Notes: generated by a model from the sequence alone, not told the origin. DNA of 41,409 nt from Actinomycetota bacterium (GCA_046725875.1 JBKOZJ010000007.1:1-41409), one strand, 5' to 3'. Shown: positions 22,852-32,470, counted from the first letter of the stretch. Made by a program: numbers and translations.

Positions 22852-24480
22852 TCAGAATGCATGCCGCCGGCGCATCCGCCGCGGCCGAGCGTCGGGATCG
22901 AAGATCAGCCGGTAAATGGGGTCGGCCCAGACCGCCTGCAGCCGGCTGACCGGCGCCGGCCGGTGCTCGCGCGCCTGGCCCGCGGGTCGTGGTCCGCGGC
23001 GCCCGCCGGCGTGCCAGGCGTCGAGGGCGGCCGCGGTGTCTCGCCAGAGGTCGAACGCCGCGGTCGGGTCGAGCAACGCCGGATCGCCGGGGGCTCGGCC
23101 GAGGTGTTCGCCCCACACCTGCAGCCGCAGGTCGCGTGGAAGCCGGCGCGCGCCGTCGCCGTACCCCGACAGTTCGCGCGGCTCCCGCTCGTCAACCGTT
23201 GGATCCACGACGGCGCAGGTCAACTCGCTGTCACTGGTCCAGGAGCGACGGTTGAAGTTGTCCGAGCCACAGGTGAACCACACGTCGTCGACGATGCATA
23301 TCTTGGCGTGGACGTAGACGGGAACGCCGGCGCCGTTCTCCAGGTCATAGATTCCCACCCGGTCCGGGGCGGTCTGCTGCAGCAGGCGCATCGCCTGGAT
23401 CTGACCGAGCCGGTTCGGTGGCCCGCTGAGCCGTCCGTCGTCGTCCGGATAGCGCGGAACCACCGCGATCACCCGCAACTGTGGGGAGCGCTCGAGCGCC
23501 CGGCAGATGCCGCGAGCGACTGGCTCTGACCACAAGTACTGGTCCTCCACATAGATGAAGCTGTGGGCGCGGCGGAACGCCTTGGCGTAGGCGCGGGCAA
23601 CGCTGCGCTCGCCGTCTGGTGCGAACGGGTATCCGGGCCGCTTGCGACCGTAGGTGCGCAGCACCTGCACGGCGTGCGGTCCGGCCGGGGGAGGGTCGGG
23701 GAATCGTTCGGGCAGCGGCTTGGGGTGGCGCGGCATCCGGGCCAGCCGATGCACCAGCATCCGGTACGGGGTCCGCCGGTCCAGCGGATGCCTGTCGTCC
23801 CACCGCTCGACAAACGTACGCAGCAGGTCACCGACCACCGGCCCGTGTACCTCCAGGGCGGCGTCGTGCCAGGGGGCGCGGTCGCCATACCGGTGGTCGA
23901 TTGGTTGCTGCTGCGGATCTCCCCGGTGCTCGGCGTCGTCGCGGCGGCCATGGCAGAGGTCTATGCCGCCGACGAAGCTCACGTCCCGGTCCGGCTCGCC
24001 GCGGTGCCTGATGACGAAGAGCTTCTGGTGATGCGAACCGAACCGCCGCACCCGCTGGTCGAGCAGCACCTCGGCGCCCGTCTCGTTGAGCTCCGCGCCG
24101 AGCCGCTGGTTCTCCTGCGAGCTGAAGCTCAGATGGTCGGAGTGCGAGCGCCACAGCAGCCCGCGCACCTCCACGCCGGCACGCGCGAGATCGCGCAGCA
24201 GGTCGCCCACCGCTGGGCCGTCCGGGAGCAGCCTTTCGTCCGCGTCTCCTCGCCAGTCGGTGAAGTAGACCCGGTCGCCGGCGCGCAACCCGCGCAGCTC
24301 GTCGTGGAGGCGGCGGAAGTAGGTGACGCCGTGGACCAGCGGCCGCACGAGGTTTCCCTCCACCCAGGACCGTCCCGGCTCACCGACTCGGTCGATGTCG
24401 GTCGCTGGGTTGCCCCGCTCGTCCGGACTTAGGAACCAGCCTTCCGCCGCACTGTCGGCCCTTCTCGCCATCGACTTCAT
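22852..24480 (-). CDS. Phospholipase D superfamily protein
   Basis: Two HxK motifs (SHHQKLFVI...GGIDL and VYVHAKICIVDD...GSDNFNRRS); WHD and YVEDQY motifs. Confidence 0.9.
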   Translation of the reverse strand: MKSMARRADSAAEGWFLSPDERGNPATDIDRVGEPGRSWVEGNLVRPLVHGVTYFRRLHDELRGLRAGDRVYFTDWRGDADERLLPDGPAVGDLLRDLARAGVEVRGLLWRSHSDHLSFSSQENQRLGAELNETGAEVLLDQRVRRFGSHHQKLFVIRHRGEPDRDVSFVGGIDLCHGRRDDAEHRGDPQQQPIDHRYGDRAPWHDAALEVHGPVVGDLLRTFVERWDDRHPLDRRTPYRMLVHRLARMPRHPKPLPERFPDPPPAGPHAVQVLRTYGRKRPGYPFAPDGERSVARAYAKAFRRAHSFIYVEDQYLWSEPVARGICRALERSPQLRVIAVVPRYPDDDGRLSGPPNRLGQIQAMRLLQQTAPDRVGIYDLENGAGVPVYVHAKICIVDDVWFTCGSDNFNRRSWTSDSELTCAVVDPTVDEREPRELSGYGDGARRLPRDLRLQVWGEHLGRAPGDPALLDPTAAFDLWRDTAAALDAWHAGGRRGPRPAGQAREHRPAPVSRLQAVWADPIYRLIFDPDARPRRMRRRHAF

Positions 24481-24708
24481 GTGCCCGAGTCGCGCGCCGC
24501 CAACCCGGGCGATCTCGCTCGGGTCCGGCAAGGCTGCTCGGCACACCACCCGCCAGTACGACGAGATCTTGGTGCCCGAGGACGCCGTGTCATTTGATGT
24601 ATTGGCGAGCGCTACGCGGGGGCGCTGAGAAGCTCGCGGCCCTCCCGAAGTCGCCAGCCGTGGGTATCCGGAGAGCCTCAAGCGTCGCGCCGCGGGCGAG
24701 ACACGGTT

Positions 24709-24745
24709 TGTCGGACGCCTTCGCTATAATCGAACGTGAGTTCGA
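24709..24745 (+). promoter_or_regulatory. DNA-damage promoter: PafBC (RecA-NDp) motif plus LexA SOS box
   Basis: TGTCGG-N10-TATAAT (24709-24730) overlapped by TCGAAC-GTGA-GTTCGA (24730-24745). Confidence 0.88.
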
Positions 24746-24763
24746 GGTGGAGAGGGGGTCGTC

Positions 24764-26202
24764 ATGTGGGACACACCGGCGGAGAGCCTCGCCGTCGACT
24801 GCTGGGGGTCGGTGTGGGAGCTGGGGCGGCGCAGTGGCCGCCGAGCCGGTCGAGCCGCTGTCGGCGCCGCCGGATGATCCCGCCGATCTTTCGGGCCTGG
24901 AGGGGATGCCGCCCGGGGCGGCGTTGGCCGCCCTGCTCGCCGGCGTCACGCCCGCCGAGACCCCCGACCGGGATCTGGTCGAGGTAATGGCCGCCGCGGA
25001 GCGGGTGGCCCGGTGGGCGTCGGCGGTTCAGGTCGACGCGGTCGCCGAGCTGTCCGCCGCCCGGCGTTCACCCCCGCCCAGCCGCGCAGCCCGCGCGACG
25101 AGCTGCGCTCGGCCGGCGCCCAGGTCGCGGTGGAGCTGCATTTGGCTCCGGCGACCGGTGAGCAGCGGGCGTGGATCGCGCGCTGCCTGGCCGAACAGCT
25201 ACCCGCCACCCTGGCCGCGCTGCGCGCCGGGGCGATCGACTACCGGCGCGCGGCGGCGATCGCCGAGGTCGCGGCCTCGCACGGCGGCCCGATCGCCCGC
25301 GCGGTCGAGGCCACGGTGCTGCCCAAGGCCGGGCAGCGCACGATCAGCCAGCACCGGATCGCGATCGACACGGCGCTGCTCGAGGTCGCGCCCCGCACCG
25401 CCGAGCAGCGGCACACCGACGCCGCGGCCGGCCGCAGGGTGGTGCACTACCCCACCGGTGACGGCATGGCCGACACCGTCGCCACCCTCACCGCCGACGG
25501 GATGGCCACCCTGCGCACCGCACTGGACGCCGCCGCCGACGCGATCAAGACCGCCACCCGGGGCGAGACCCGCACCCTCGACCAGCTCCGCGCGGACGCC
25601 CTGGTCGAGATGGCCCGCCGCTCCCTGACCACCGGATGGCTGGCCGGCGACACCGGACCCAGCGGCCGCCGGCTCGCCACCCAGCAGGGCCGCCGCCCGC
25701 ATATCCAGGTCACCGTCCCGTTCTCCACCCTGATCGGCATCGACGACCACCCCGGGCACCTGGACGGCTACGGCCCGATTCCTGCCTCGGTCGCCCGGCG
25801 GATCGCCGCTGACGGCGTGTGGCGGCGGCTGCTCACCGGCCCCGTCAGCGGCCGTCTGCTCGACTACGGCACCAGCACCTACCAGCCCCCCGCCGACCTT
25901 CGCGACTATGTGATAGCCCGCGACCGCACCTGTGTGCTCCCAGGCTGCCGGCAACCGCCCGCCGCTGCCAGATCGACCACACCATCCCCCACCCGGCCGG
26001 GCCCACCGCAGCCTGGAACAACGGCCCGCTCTCCGGCGGACACCACATCCTCAAAACCCACCACGGCTGGCAGCTCGACCAACCCCACGCCGGCGACTTC
26101 ATCTGGACCAGTCCGGTCGGCAAGACCTACCTCCGCCTCCCCGAACCCATCGGCCCCATCCTCGACCTGGACGACACCAGTGACAGCGCCGACGATCCAT
26201 GA
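24764..26202 (+). pseudogene. DUF222 + HNH protein (13E12-repeat-like), with frameshifts at ~24825, ~25055 and ~25957
   Basis: LPATLAALRAGAID, RTLDQLRADAL, VTVPFSTLIG..GHLDGYGPIPA, YQPPADLRDYVIARDRTCVLPGC, then in another frame RRCQIDHTIP...GPTAAWN.GPLSGGHHILKT. Confidence 0.85.
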
Positions 26203-26215
26203 CGGCCAGCGTGGA

Positions 26216-27877
26216 TCACCGACCGTACGAACTCAAGTGATCGTCTATCTCGCCGCTCTTGCCGATGCCGTGACCGAGGGCACGCCGGGCCGCTTCCCGG
26301 AGGGCGTGATCCGGAGCGGATGGGGGCAGGATCGCGGCAACGTGAGCGTCCGGGCGGATGAGCCAGGTTTCGCCATCACGGAACCGAAGTGCCGTGCGTA
26401 GGGCGCCGGTCGCGTCGATTGCGCCGATGGAGTACGACCGGGCGGGCGCGTCGGTTACCTGCTTCAGCGCACGGTCGACCTCGAGCGGACCCGCCGTGGT
26501 CAGGGCGAGCAGCCCGTCCCTGGCGATCTCGCGAAGCCGGCTCGCCTCCGGTCGCTCGGCGACCGCGATCGGAACGTCCGGCACGAGGACACCGGGAGCG
26601 GCCGGTGACGCCGCCCCACCTGGCGGCCGGGTGGGCTTTGGCCGGCTCCGATCCGGCGTGGTCAACGGGGAGTCGGCGTACCAGAAGGGCTCGGCAAGCC
26701 GACCGGAGTTCACTCGCGATCTGGCCTCAGGATCACCCAGAGCGGCGCGGAGTGCGGCCTCTCGCGCGGCCCGCTCGGCTCGGTCGTGCGGGACGAGGAA
26801 CTGCATGGTTGCGTTGGTCACGTCCAGGTTCTCGAGGGCCGCCGCATGCCGTTCCGAGTGGTAGGACTCGAGCAAGCCTTCCGAAGCCCAGCCATGGAGT
26901 ACGAACGCGAGCTTCCATGCGGCGTTCTCCGCGTCCTGGATGCCGGAGTTGAGGCCACGGGCACCGAACGGAGCCATTAGATGCGCGGAATCGCCGGCCA
27001 GGAGCACCCGGCCGACCCGCATCCGGTCGACGCAGCGGGAGTCGAAGCGGTAGACCGAGCGCCACAGGAGCTCGTACGGCGCCTCGCCGACTATCTGCCG
27101 GATCCGTCGGTCGAGCCCGCCGGACCGGTCCTCGGCGTCGAGGTCGAAGTCGGGCGGCACCTGCCAGTCGATGCGGTAGGTGGAGTCGGGGCAGGGATGG
27201 ATCAGCACTTGCCGCCCCGGATTCCAGTCAGGGTCGAAGTAGAACCGGCGCTCCGCCTCCCATCCGGGCAGCGAGCAGCGGATGTCACAGATCAGGAAGT
27301 GGTCGTCGAAGGCCGATCCGTCGAAGGAGACGCCGAGAGCGCGGCGGAGCGCATCGGCCCGGCCGCCGGCGCACACGAGGGCGTAGGCCCCGCGGGTCAC
27401 CTCGCCGTTGTTGGTCGAGCACAGCACCGTCACCCCCTCGCCATCCTGGTCGACCGAGGTGACCTCATGGCCCCACTTTGTCTGGATGAGCGCTGCAGCA
27501 GAGACCTGCTCGGCAAGGATCTGTTCTGTCCGCGACTGCGAGATATTGACGAATGGCGGGAAGGGCGACTGTCCGGGATCGCGAAGGGTTAGCGTGAACA
27601 GCTCATGCTCGCGCCAGTAGGTTCGCGCCGTCTGCCACGTGACGCCCTCCGAGGCGATCGGTCGACCCGCGCCGACCGACGCCCAGATGTCGAGGACGTC
27701 ACGATGCTGACAGATGGACCGCGAGCCGGCGACCCGCCGGCTGGTCCGCCGCTCGAGCACGACGACTGGTACCCCCCAGCGCGCGAGGAGCAGTGCCGCG
27801 CTCATCCCAACCGGCCCGCCACCGACCACGATCACGGGCTGCGCTCCCCTGCCGCTGGGCTCGTTCAGTCCGGGCAC
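26216..27877 (-). CDS. FAD-dependent monooxygenase (MhpA/PheA-like aromatic hydroxylase)
   Basis: VGGGPVG, GRVLLAGDSAHLMAPFGARGLNSGIQDAENAAWKLA, LLESYHSER, LIRPDAHV. Confidence 0.92.
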   Translation of the reverse strand: MPGLNEPSGRGAQPVIVVGGGPVGMSAALLLARWGVPVVVLERRTSRRVAGSRSICQHRDVLDIWASVGAGRPIASEGVTWQTARTYWREHELFTLTLRDPGQSPFPPFVNISQSRTEQILAEQVSAAALIQTKWGHEVTSVDQDGEGVTVLCSTNNGEVTRGAYALVCAGGRADALRRALGVSFDGSAFDDHFLICDIRCSLPGWEAERRFYFDPDWNPGRQVLIHPCPDSTYRIDWQVPPDFDLDAEDRSGGLDRRIRQIVGEAPYELLWRSVYRFDSRCVDRMRVGRVLLAGDSAHLMAPFGARGLNSGIQDAENAAWKLAFVLHGWASEGLLESYHSERHAAALENLDVTNATMQFLVPHDRAERAAREAALRAALGDPEARSRVNSGRLAEPFWYADSPLTTPDRSRPKPTRPPGGAASPAAPGVLVPDVPIAVAERPEASRLREIARDGLLALTTAGPLEVDRALKQVTDAPARSYSIGAIDATGALRTALRFRDGETWLIRPDAHVAAILPPSAPDHALREAARRALGHGIGKSGEIDDHLSSYGR

Positions 27878-27969
27878 ATCCGCAGCCTAGGAGAACCTGC
27901 TCGGGCCTGCGTGAGCCGTTCAGCCTCTCCCATCCGAACCAGGAACGCGATGAGATAGGAACGATGATG

Positions 27970-27999
27970 AGGAGGAGGAGGAGGAGGAGGAGGAGGAGG
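27970..27999 (+). repeat. Perfect (AGG)10 microsatellite
   Basis: Read directly: atgatg-(agg)x10-cccatg. Confidence 0.95.
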
Positions 28000-28002
28000 C
28001 CC

Positions 28003-28347
28003 ATGGACGTCCAGCAAGTGATCGCGCAGGCCCGAGACGCGATCACGGTGAAGCGGGTATACGGAGACCCGTACGAGAAGAACGGCGTGACCGTGATCCC
28101 GGCGGCCGCAGTGCAGGGTGGCGGAGGCGGTGGCGGCGGGAAGGGTCCGGAGGGCCAAGGGGAGGGCTCTGGGAGCGGGTTCGGTTTGACCGCCCGGCCC
28201 GCAGGCGCGTTTCTGATCCGCGGAGACGAGGTCGCCTGGCGCCCGGCTGTGGACGTGAATCGGATCGTCCTCGGTGGCCAGTTCGTCGCGGTCGTCGCCC
28301 TGCTGACCATCCGGGCGATTGTCAAGGCCCGGATAAAGGCGCGGTAG
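28003..28347 (+). CDS. YtfJ/GerW-family protein
   Basis: VKRVYGDPYEKNGVTVIPAA.V.GGGGGGGG...GSGFGL.ARPAGAFLIRGDEV.WRPAVDVNR plus a C-terminal hydrophobic helix. Alternative in-frame starts at 27964/27967. Confidence 0.88.
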   Translation: MDVQQVIAQARDAITVKRVYGDPYEKNGVTVIPAAAVQGGGGGGGGKGPEGQGEGSGSGFGLTARPAGAFLIRGDEVAWRPAVDVNRIVLGGQFVAVVALLTIRAIVKARIKAR

Positions 28348-28360
28348 CGGCCGACACATA

Positions 28361-29332
28361 TCAGGCCGCTTCGTCCTGGAGCGCGTCCCAGACCTCGCGG
28401 TCGCGTTCAACGGTCCAGACGCGCGGCCAGTCGAAGCCGTCAAGCTCGTCCCAGAGTCGCTGCACGTTAAACGGCATGCAATGCTCGAAGATCGGCCAGG
28501 AACCATACGTCGGCGCAAGGGCGGCACGGGCCGCTAGGAACGCATCTTTGAGCGTGCCATCGGCCGCGTGGACTGCACCAACCTCGCGTTGCATGACGGC
28601 GAGAAAGTCCTTGGTCTGCGAGATGGCCGCGCCGATCCCCTCCGCCCCGTACACAACCGGGCCGCGACCGCCCACCAAGGCCTGCGCGCCGAACGATGCG
28701 ACCCGGTCGAGCGTTCCTGATGCCCAGTCACGGTGGAAGGCATCACCGGTGTAGAGCGCCGCCTGCGCTTCGACAAGGTCGCCGGCGAAGAGCACCCCCT
28801 GTCGCGGCAGCCACGCAACGATGTCGCCCGCGGTATGCCCTCGACCGCAGTAGGTCAACACGAGCTCGCCGCGGTCGCCACCGAGGTCGATGGCGAGGCG
28901 GTCGCCGAAGGTCACCGTCGGCCAAGTAAGACCCGGGATCGACCCCGGATCTTTGAACAGCCGCGGCATCCGGGCAAGTTCGCTGGCCCAGTCTTGTGCC
29001 CCCCGCTCGGCAACCAGATACCGGGTCATGTCGTGGGCTACGACCGCGACCGCGTCGAAGGCAGACGCCCCGAGGGTTCGTACGGCGTGGTAATGCGAGA
29101 GCACCAGATAACGCACCGGCTTGTCGGTGTGCTCGCGCAGGCGCGACAGCCACTCCCGCGCGGCCGCCGGGGTGGCCCGCGCCTCGAAACAGACGACGAA
29201 GTCGTCGCCCTCGACCGCACCGACGTTCGGATCGCCCTCCGCGGTTAGCGCGAACACACCCTCATCGATGACCTCCAGCGTCTCGGCCTTCTCGGCAAGA
29301 TCGGCCGACGACGCGAACGGCTTGACGCCCAT
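28361..29332 (-). CDS. MBL-fold metallo-hydrolase (cyclase-like)
   Basis: LTAEGDPN, VLSHYHAVR, GRGHTAGD, LFAGDLVE, IFEHCMPFNV.R, PRVWTVERD. Confidence 0.9.
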   Translation of the reverse strand: MGVKPFASSADLAEKAETLEVIDEGVFALTAEGDPNVGAVEGDDFVVCFEARATPAAAREWLSRLREHTDKPVRYLVLSHYHAVRTLGASAFDAVAVVAHDMTRYLVAERGAQDWASELARMPRLFKDPGSIPGLTWPTVTFGDRLAIDLGGDRGELVLTYCGRGHTAGDIVAWLPRQGVLFAGDLVEAQAALYTGDAFHRDWASGTLDRVASFGAQALVGGRGPVVYGAEGIGAAISQTKDFLAVMQREVGAVHAADGTLKDAFLAARAALAPTYGSWPIFEHCMPFNVQRLWDELDGFDWPRVWTVERDREVWDALQDEAA

Positions 29333-29390
29333 AACTGCAGATTAGGACGATGAGCCGACCCAGGCCTCCACTCGGGAGGTGGTCTGAGGA

Positions 29391-30452
29391 CTATTTCGGC
29401 TTCCGCCCGCTCTTGGCTACGCGGTAAAGCCCGTAGAACATGGCTCCCGACGCAACGAGGGCCAGCAGGTTCCCGCCGACCCCCCATGGCGAGCTCTCCT
29501 CGCTTCCGGAGCCGCCGTCAGATCCGCCGTTCGACTCGGCCGCTGCGCCGCTTGCGGCTGGCTTGGGTAGCGCGCTGGTGGGCAGCGGCACCTGCCAGAC
29601 CTCGCTGTTGGCACCTTCCGAGCCGACGAGCAGTGACCTGCCATCACGGGCAAAGGTCACCGCCTCGCCCTGCCTCTGGAGCGGCAGTCTGATCCGGGCG
29701 AGGCGGTCACCGTCCGGCGAGTCGTACATATACGCAGAGATGTAGTCACGCAGCACGACGCGCCGCCCGTCCCTGGAGAAGGCGCCGTCGGTAACCGTGG
29801 GCGGCGCGGGTGCGATCCGGCGCAGCACGTTGACATTTGTGGTGCTCAGCTCGTGCATCGGTGGGGCGAGGTAGATCCCGCCGTCCCGGGCTTCCTTCGA
29901 TACGACGTAAATCCGGTTCTCCCGCGGGTCGACGAGGAGGCCTTCGGCATTCCGCGGCCCGTCGTCGTACCGGAAGCGAAACCGGGTCGCCGTAACCGTC
30001 TGGTTCTCCAGCGTCTTAGGCTCGGGAAAGCGATAGACCCAGATCTCCGGCCAGGCGCCGTCGAAGTTGTCCCCGATGTCGCCCACGAACACCGCAGGCT
30101 TACCGTCTTCCGTTTTGCCGACCGCGATGCCCTCCCAGTCCCGCGGTTCCACCCCACGCAGCGTCAAGACTGCCTTGGTCTTGCCGTCCCGGTCCACCGC
30201 GAAGACCCGGGCGCCCGCCTCTGTGTCGTTGTGCGTGTAGACGATGCCCTGGTGCAGCCAGCTGCTGGCCAGCCCGCTCGACTCGACGATCCGGGAGTCG
30301 GCGTAGGTAAAGAGCGCCCGCGGCCCGGTCTGCTGCGCGTAAGCACGCGGCGTAGCGAGGACCGATCCGGCGAGCAACCCCAGACCGGCCGTGAGAAACG
30401 CGGCAAGTGGCAAGAGGCGGCGCCGCCCGTCTCCGACGGTGATCGTGCCCAC
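29391..30452 (-). CDS. Secreted beta-propeller-like protein with C-terminal membrane anchor
   Basis: Signal peptide; ESSGLA, YTHND, DWEGIAVG, VGDIGDN, NAEGLL, TDGAFS and QGEAV repeats; C-terminal TM helix with basic tail. Confidence 0.8.
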   Translation of the reverse strand: MGTITVGDGRRRLLPLAAFLTAGLGLLAGSVLATPRAYAQQTGPRALFTYADSRIVESSGLASSWLHQGIVYTHNDTEAGARVFAVDRDGKTKAVLTLRGVEPRDWEGIAVGKTEDGKPAVFVGDIGDNFDGAWPEIWVYRFPEPKTLENQTVTATRFRFRYDDGPRNAEGLLVDPRENRIYVVSKEARDGGIYLAPPMHELSTTNVNVLRRIAPAPPTVTDGAFSRDGRRVVLRDYISAYMYDSPDGDRLARIRLPLQRQGEAVTFARDGRSLLVGSEGANSEVWQVPLPTSALPKPAASGAAAESNGGSDGGSGSEESSPWGVGGNLLALVASGAMFYGLYRVAKSGRKPK

Positions 30453-30462
30453 CGGCGGCAGA

Positions 30463-31773
30463 TTACCCGAGCGGTTGCGACTCGCCGTGGTGCCGCGCGT
30501 TGAGAGGAAGACGGTCTTCGAGCAGGGCCGCCAACGGGGGTCGGACATGCCACGCCGCGACCAAGTCCTCGTACTCATCGACGAGCGTCGGCGCGGGCGC
30601 CGCAGCGGTCTGCGCCGCGCGGATAAGCACATTGCGGGGTGTGTGCCGGCTGGCCACGAACTCCACGACCTCCACCCGGTAGCCGACCAGCCGCAGGATC
30701 GCCGCCCGCAGTGCATCGGTCAGGACGTCGGCGTAACGCTCACGGAGGATGCCGTGCCGGGTCAGCAATGTGTAAGGGCGCGGCGCCGGTACCCGCCTCA
30801 GCTGCGCCTGTATGTCGTGATGGCAGCAGGGGGCAGCCATGATGACCGGTGCTTGCCACTGGACGCCGCGAGCGAGTGCATCGTCGGTTGCGGTATCGCA
30901 GGCGTGCAGCGCGAGAACGAGGTCGGGCGTGCCGCCGCTCGGGAACGTGACATTGGCGTCGCCGATCGTTCCCTCGAAAAACCGCAGGTTCTCCGCCCAA
31001 CCGAGCCGAGCAGCGATCTCGGTGTTTCGCCTCCGCGCCTGCTCCTTGACATCCACGCCCACCAGCTCGACGCGGTGCCCGGCTCTGGTCAGGAAGGTGT
31101 ACGCGGCGAACGTGAGGTATGCGTTACCGCAACCCAAGTCCGCGACCCGCAAGGGCTCCCGCCGGGAGAGGTGCGGCAGGACAGGTTCGAGCGCTCGCAG
31201 GAACTCCTCGATCTGGTGGTACTTGTCCCGCCTGTCAGCCTTCACCGCCCCGTCGGCGGTCGTGATCCCAACCGCGTAAAGCATGGGGTCGACCGGGTCC
31301 AGGAGCCGCGGCTTGACCCGGTCGTGCGTTCGAAGCGGCAGCGGCCGCGCTCCGCCCGGCGAATCCGCCGCCGGCAGCCCCGGCGCGAGCTGAGCCGTCG
31401 CGGCTGCGGGGGTGTGGGCGGCCGCGGGTTGCCGGTGGGCCTGGACCTTGCCCTTCTTCGTCACCCGCATCTGAACGGTTTCGCGCAGCGTGTCGAGATG
31501 CCAGCTGCCGAAGGGTTCGCCCAGTAGCTCCTTGATGGCGACCCCGGCCGCCGCCCCGTACTCGAGGTTCTCGGTGAACGCTTGCCGCTCGTTGTAGCGG
31601 ACGATCTGAAGCCGCCGGCCGACCCGAAGGTCCACCGGCCGAAGCTCCACCCGACGCCACCGCGGCGGCATGACCCCGTGCCGCCGCCCGGCGCCGACCG
31701 CCCGGACCAGGCTGTCCGGGTCGGCAAGGGCACGACCCAGCTCGGCGAGCACCTCGTCCAACCCGACCTGCAT
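30463..31773 (-). CDS. Class I SAM-dependent methyltransferase
   Basis: VADLGCGNAYLTFA, LVGVD, ALHACDTATDDALA, APCCHH, EFVASRHTPRNVLIRA. Confidence 0.9.
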   Translation of the reverse strand: MQVGLDEVLAELGRALADPDSLVRAVGAGRRHGVMPPRWRRVELRPVDLRVGRRLQIVRYNERQAFTENLEYGAAAGVAIKELLGEPFGSWHLDTLRETVQMRVTKKGKVQAHRQPAAAHTPAAATAQLAPGLPAADSPGGARPLPLRTHDRVKPRLLDPVDPMLYAVGITTADGAVKADRRDKYHQIEEFLRALEPVLPHLSRREPLRVADLGCGNAYLTFAAYTFLTRAGHRVELVGVDVKEQARRRNTEIAARLGWAENLRFFEGTIGDANVTFPSGGTPDLVLALHACDTATDDALARGVQWQAPVIMAAPCCHHDIQAQLRRVPAPRPYTLLTRHGILRERYADVLTDALRAAILRLVGYRVEVVEFVASRHTPRNVLIRAAQTAAAPAPTLVDEYEDLVAAWHVRPPLAALLEDRLPLNARHHGESQPLG

Positions 31774-31808
31774 GCCAACCAGTGTCGCGCTTCGGCTCCT
31801 CGGGCGTT

Positions 31809-31892
31809 CTAAGCCAGTGCGCCGATCAAGACGATGAGGACGAGCACCGCGAGGGCGGTGGGTATCAGCCACCGGCGCGTCCGCGGGTCCAC
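31809..31892 (-). CDS. Putative 27-aa single-pass membrane peptide
   Basis: GTG start, MDPRTRRWLIPTALAVLVLIVLIGALA*; GC-rich third positions; TAATCT 8 nt upstream. Confidence 0.6.
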   Translation of the reverse strand: MDPRTRRWLIPTALAVLVLIVLIGALA

Positions 31893-31903
31893 AATTCGCG
31901 AGA

Positions 31904-32470
31904 TTAGCCGCCACCGCGACGAGCGGCGCTGTTGGCGAGCTGCCAGGTACCGAGGGTGGTGTATGCGGGGCTGGCGCCGAGCCGACTCTCGATCAGATGC
32001 AGGGAGTCCGCCGTCCACGGCGTCCCGTTGAAATCGGTGAGCGTTTCGACCAGGCGGCGCAGGTCGGACCCGGCACGATTACGACTGCGGGCCAGTGTGA
32101 CGTGGGGACGGAATGGCCGGTTCTCGATGTCGATGCCCGACCGACGCGCGGCGGCCGCAATCGTGGCGGCCAACGACTGCAGCGCCTCGCGGTCTCCGCG
32201 TACCCCCGTCCACAGGACATTCCTGGAGAAGCGCCCGCCACCGGCGAACTCGAGTCGTAGTGGAGGGTGGCGCGCGGCCGCCCGCTTGAGCCGGGCGCGT
32301 AGATCGGGAAGAACGCTCCCGTCTACCTCGCCGAGGAAGGCAAGCGTGATGTGCCACTGATCACGCCTGGACCAGCGCAGGTCCGACCCGTTCCGGCGGA
32401 CCCGGTCGATCTGCCGGGCGATCTCGTCCAGCGCGCCGGCTGGAGGCTGGAGCGCCACGAACAGCCGCAT
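31904..32470 (-). CDS. thpR: RNA 2',3'-cyclic phosphodiesterase (2H family)
   Basis: MRLFVAL start, two HxT motifs (WHITLAFLG and FRPHVTLAR), LIESRL. Confidence 0.92.
   Translation of the reverse strand: MRLFVALQPPAGALDEIARQIDRVRRNGSDLRWSRRDQWHITLAFLGEVDGSVLPDLRARLKRAAARHPPLRLEFAGGGRFSRNVLWTGVRGDREALQSLAATIAAAARRSGIDIENRPFRPHVTLARSRNRAGSDLRRLVETLTDFNGTPWTADSLHLIESRLGASPAYTTLGTWQLANSAARRGGG

Noticed and set aside
22852..26202. PLD plus HNH as an anti-phage defence system
   Set aside because: The genes are divergent, DUF222-HNH genes insert widely, and no helicase, ATPase or methylase partner is present.
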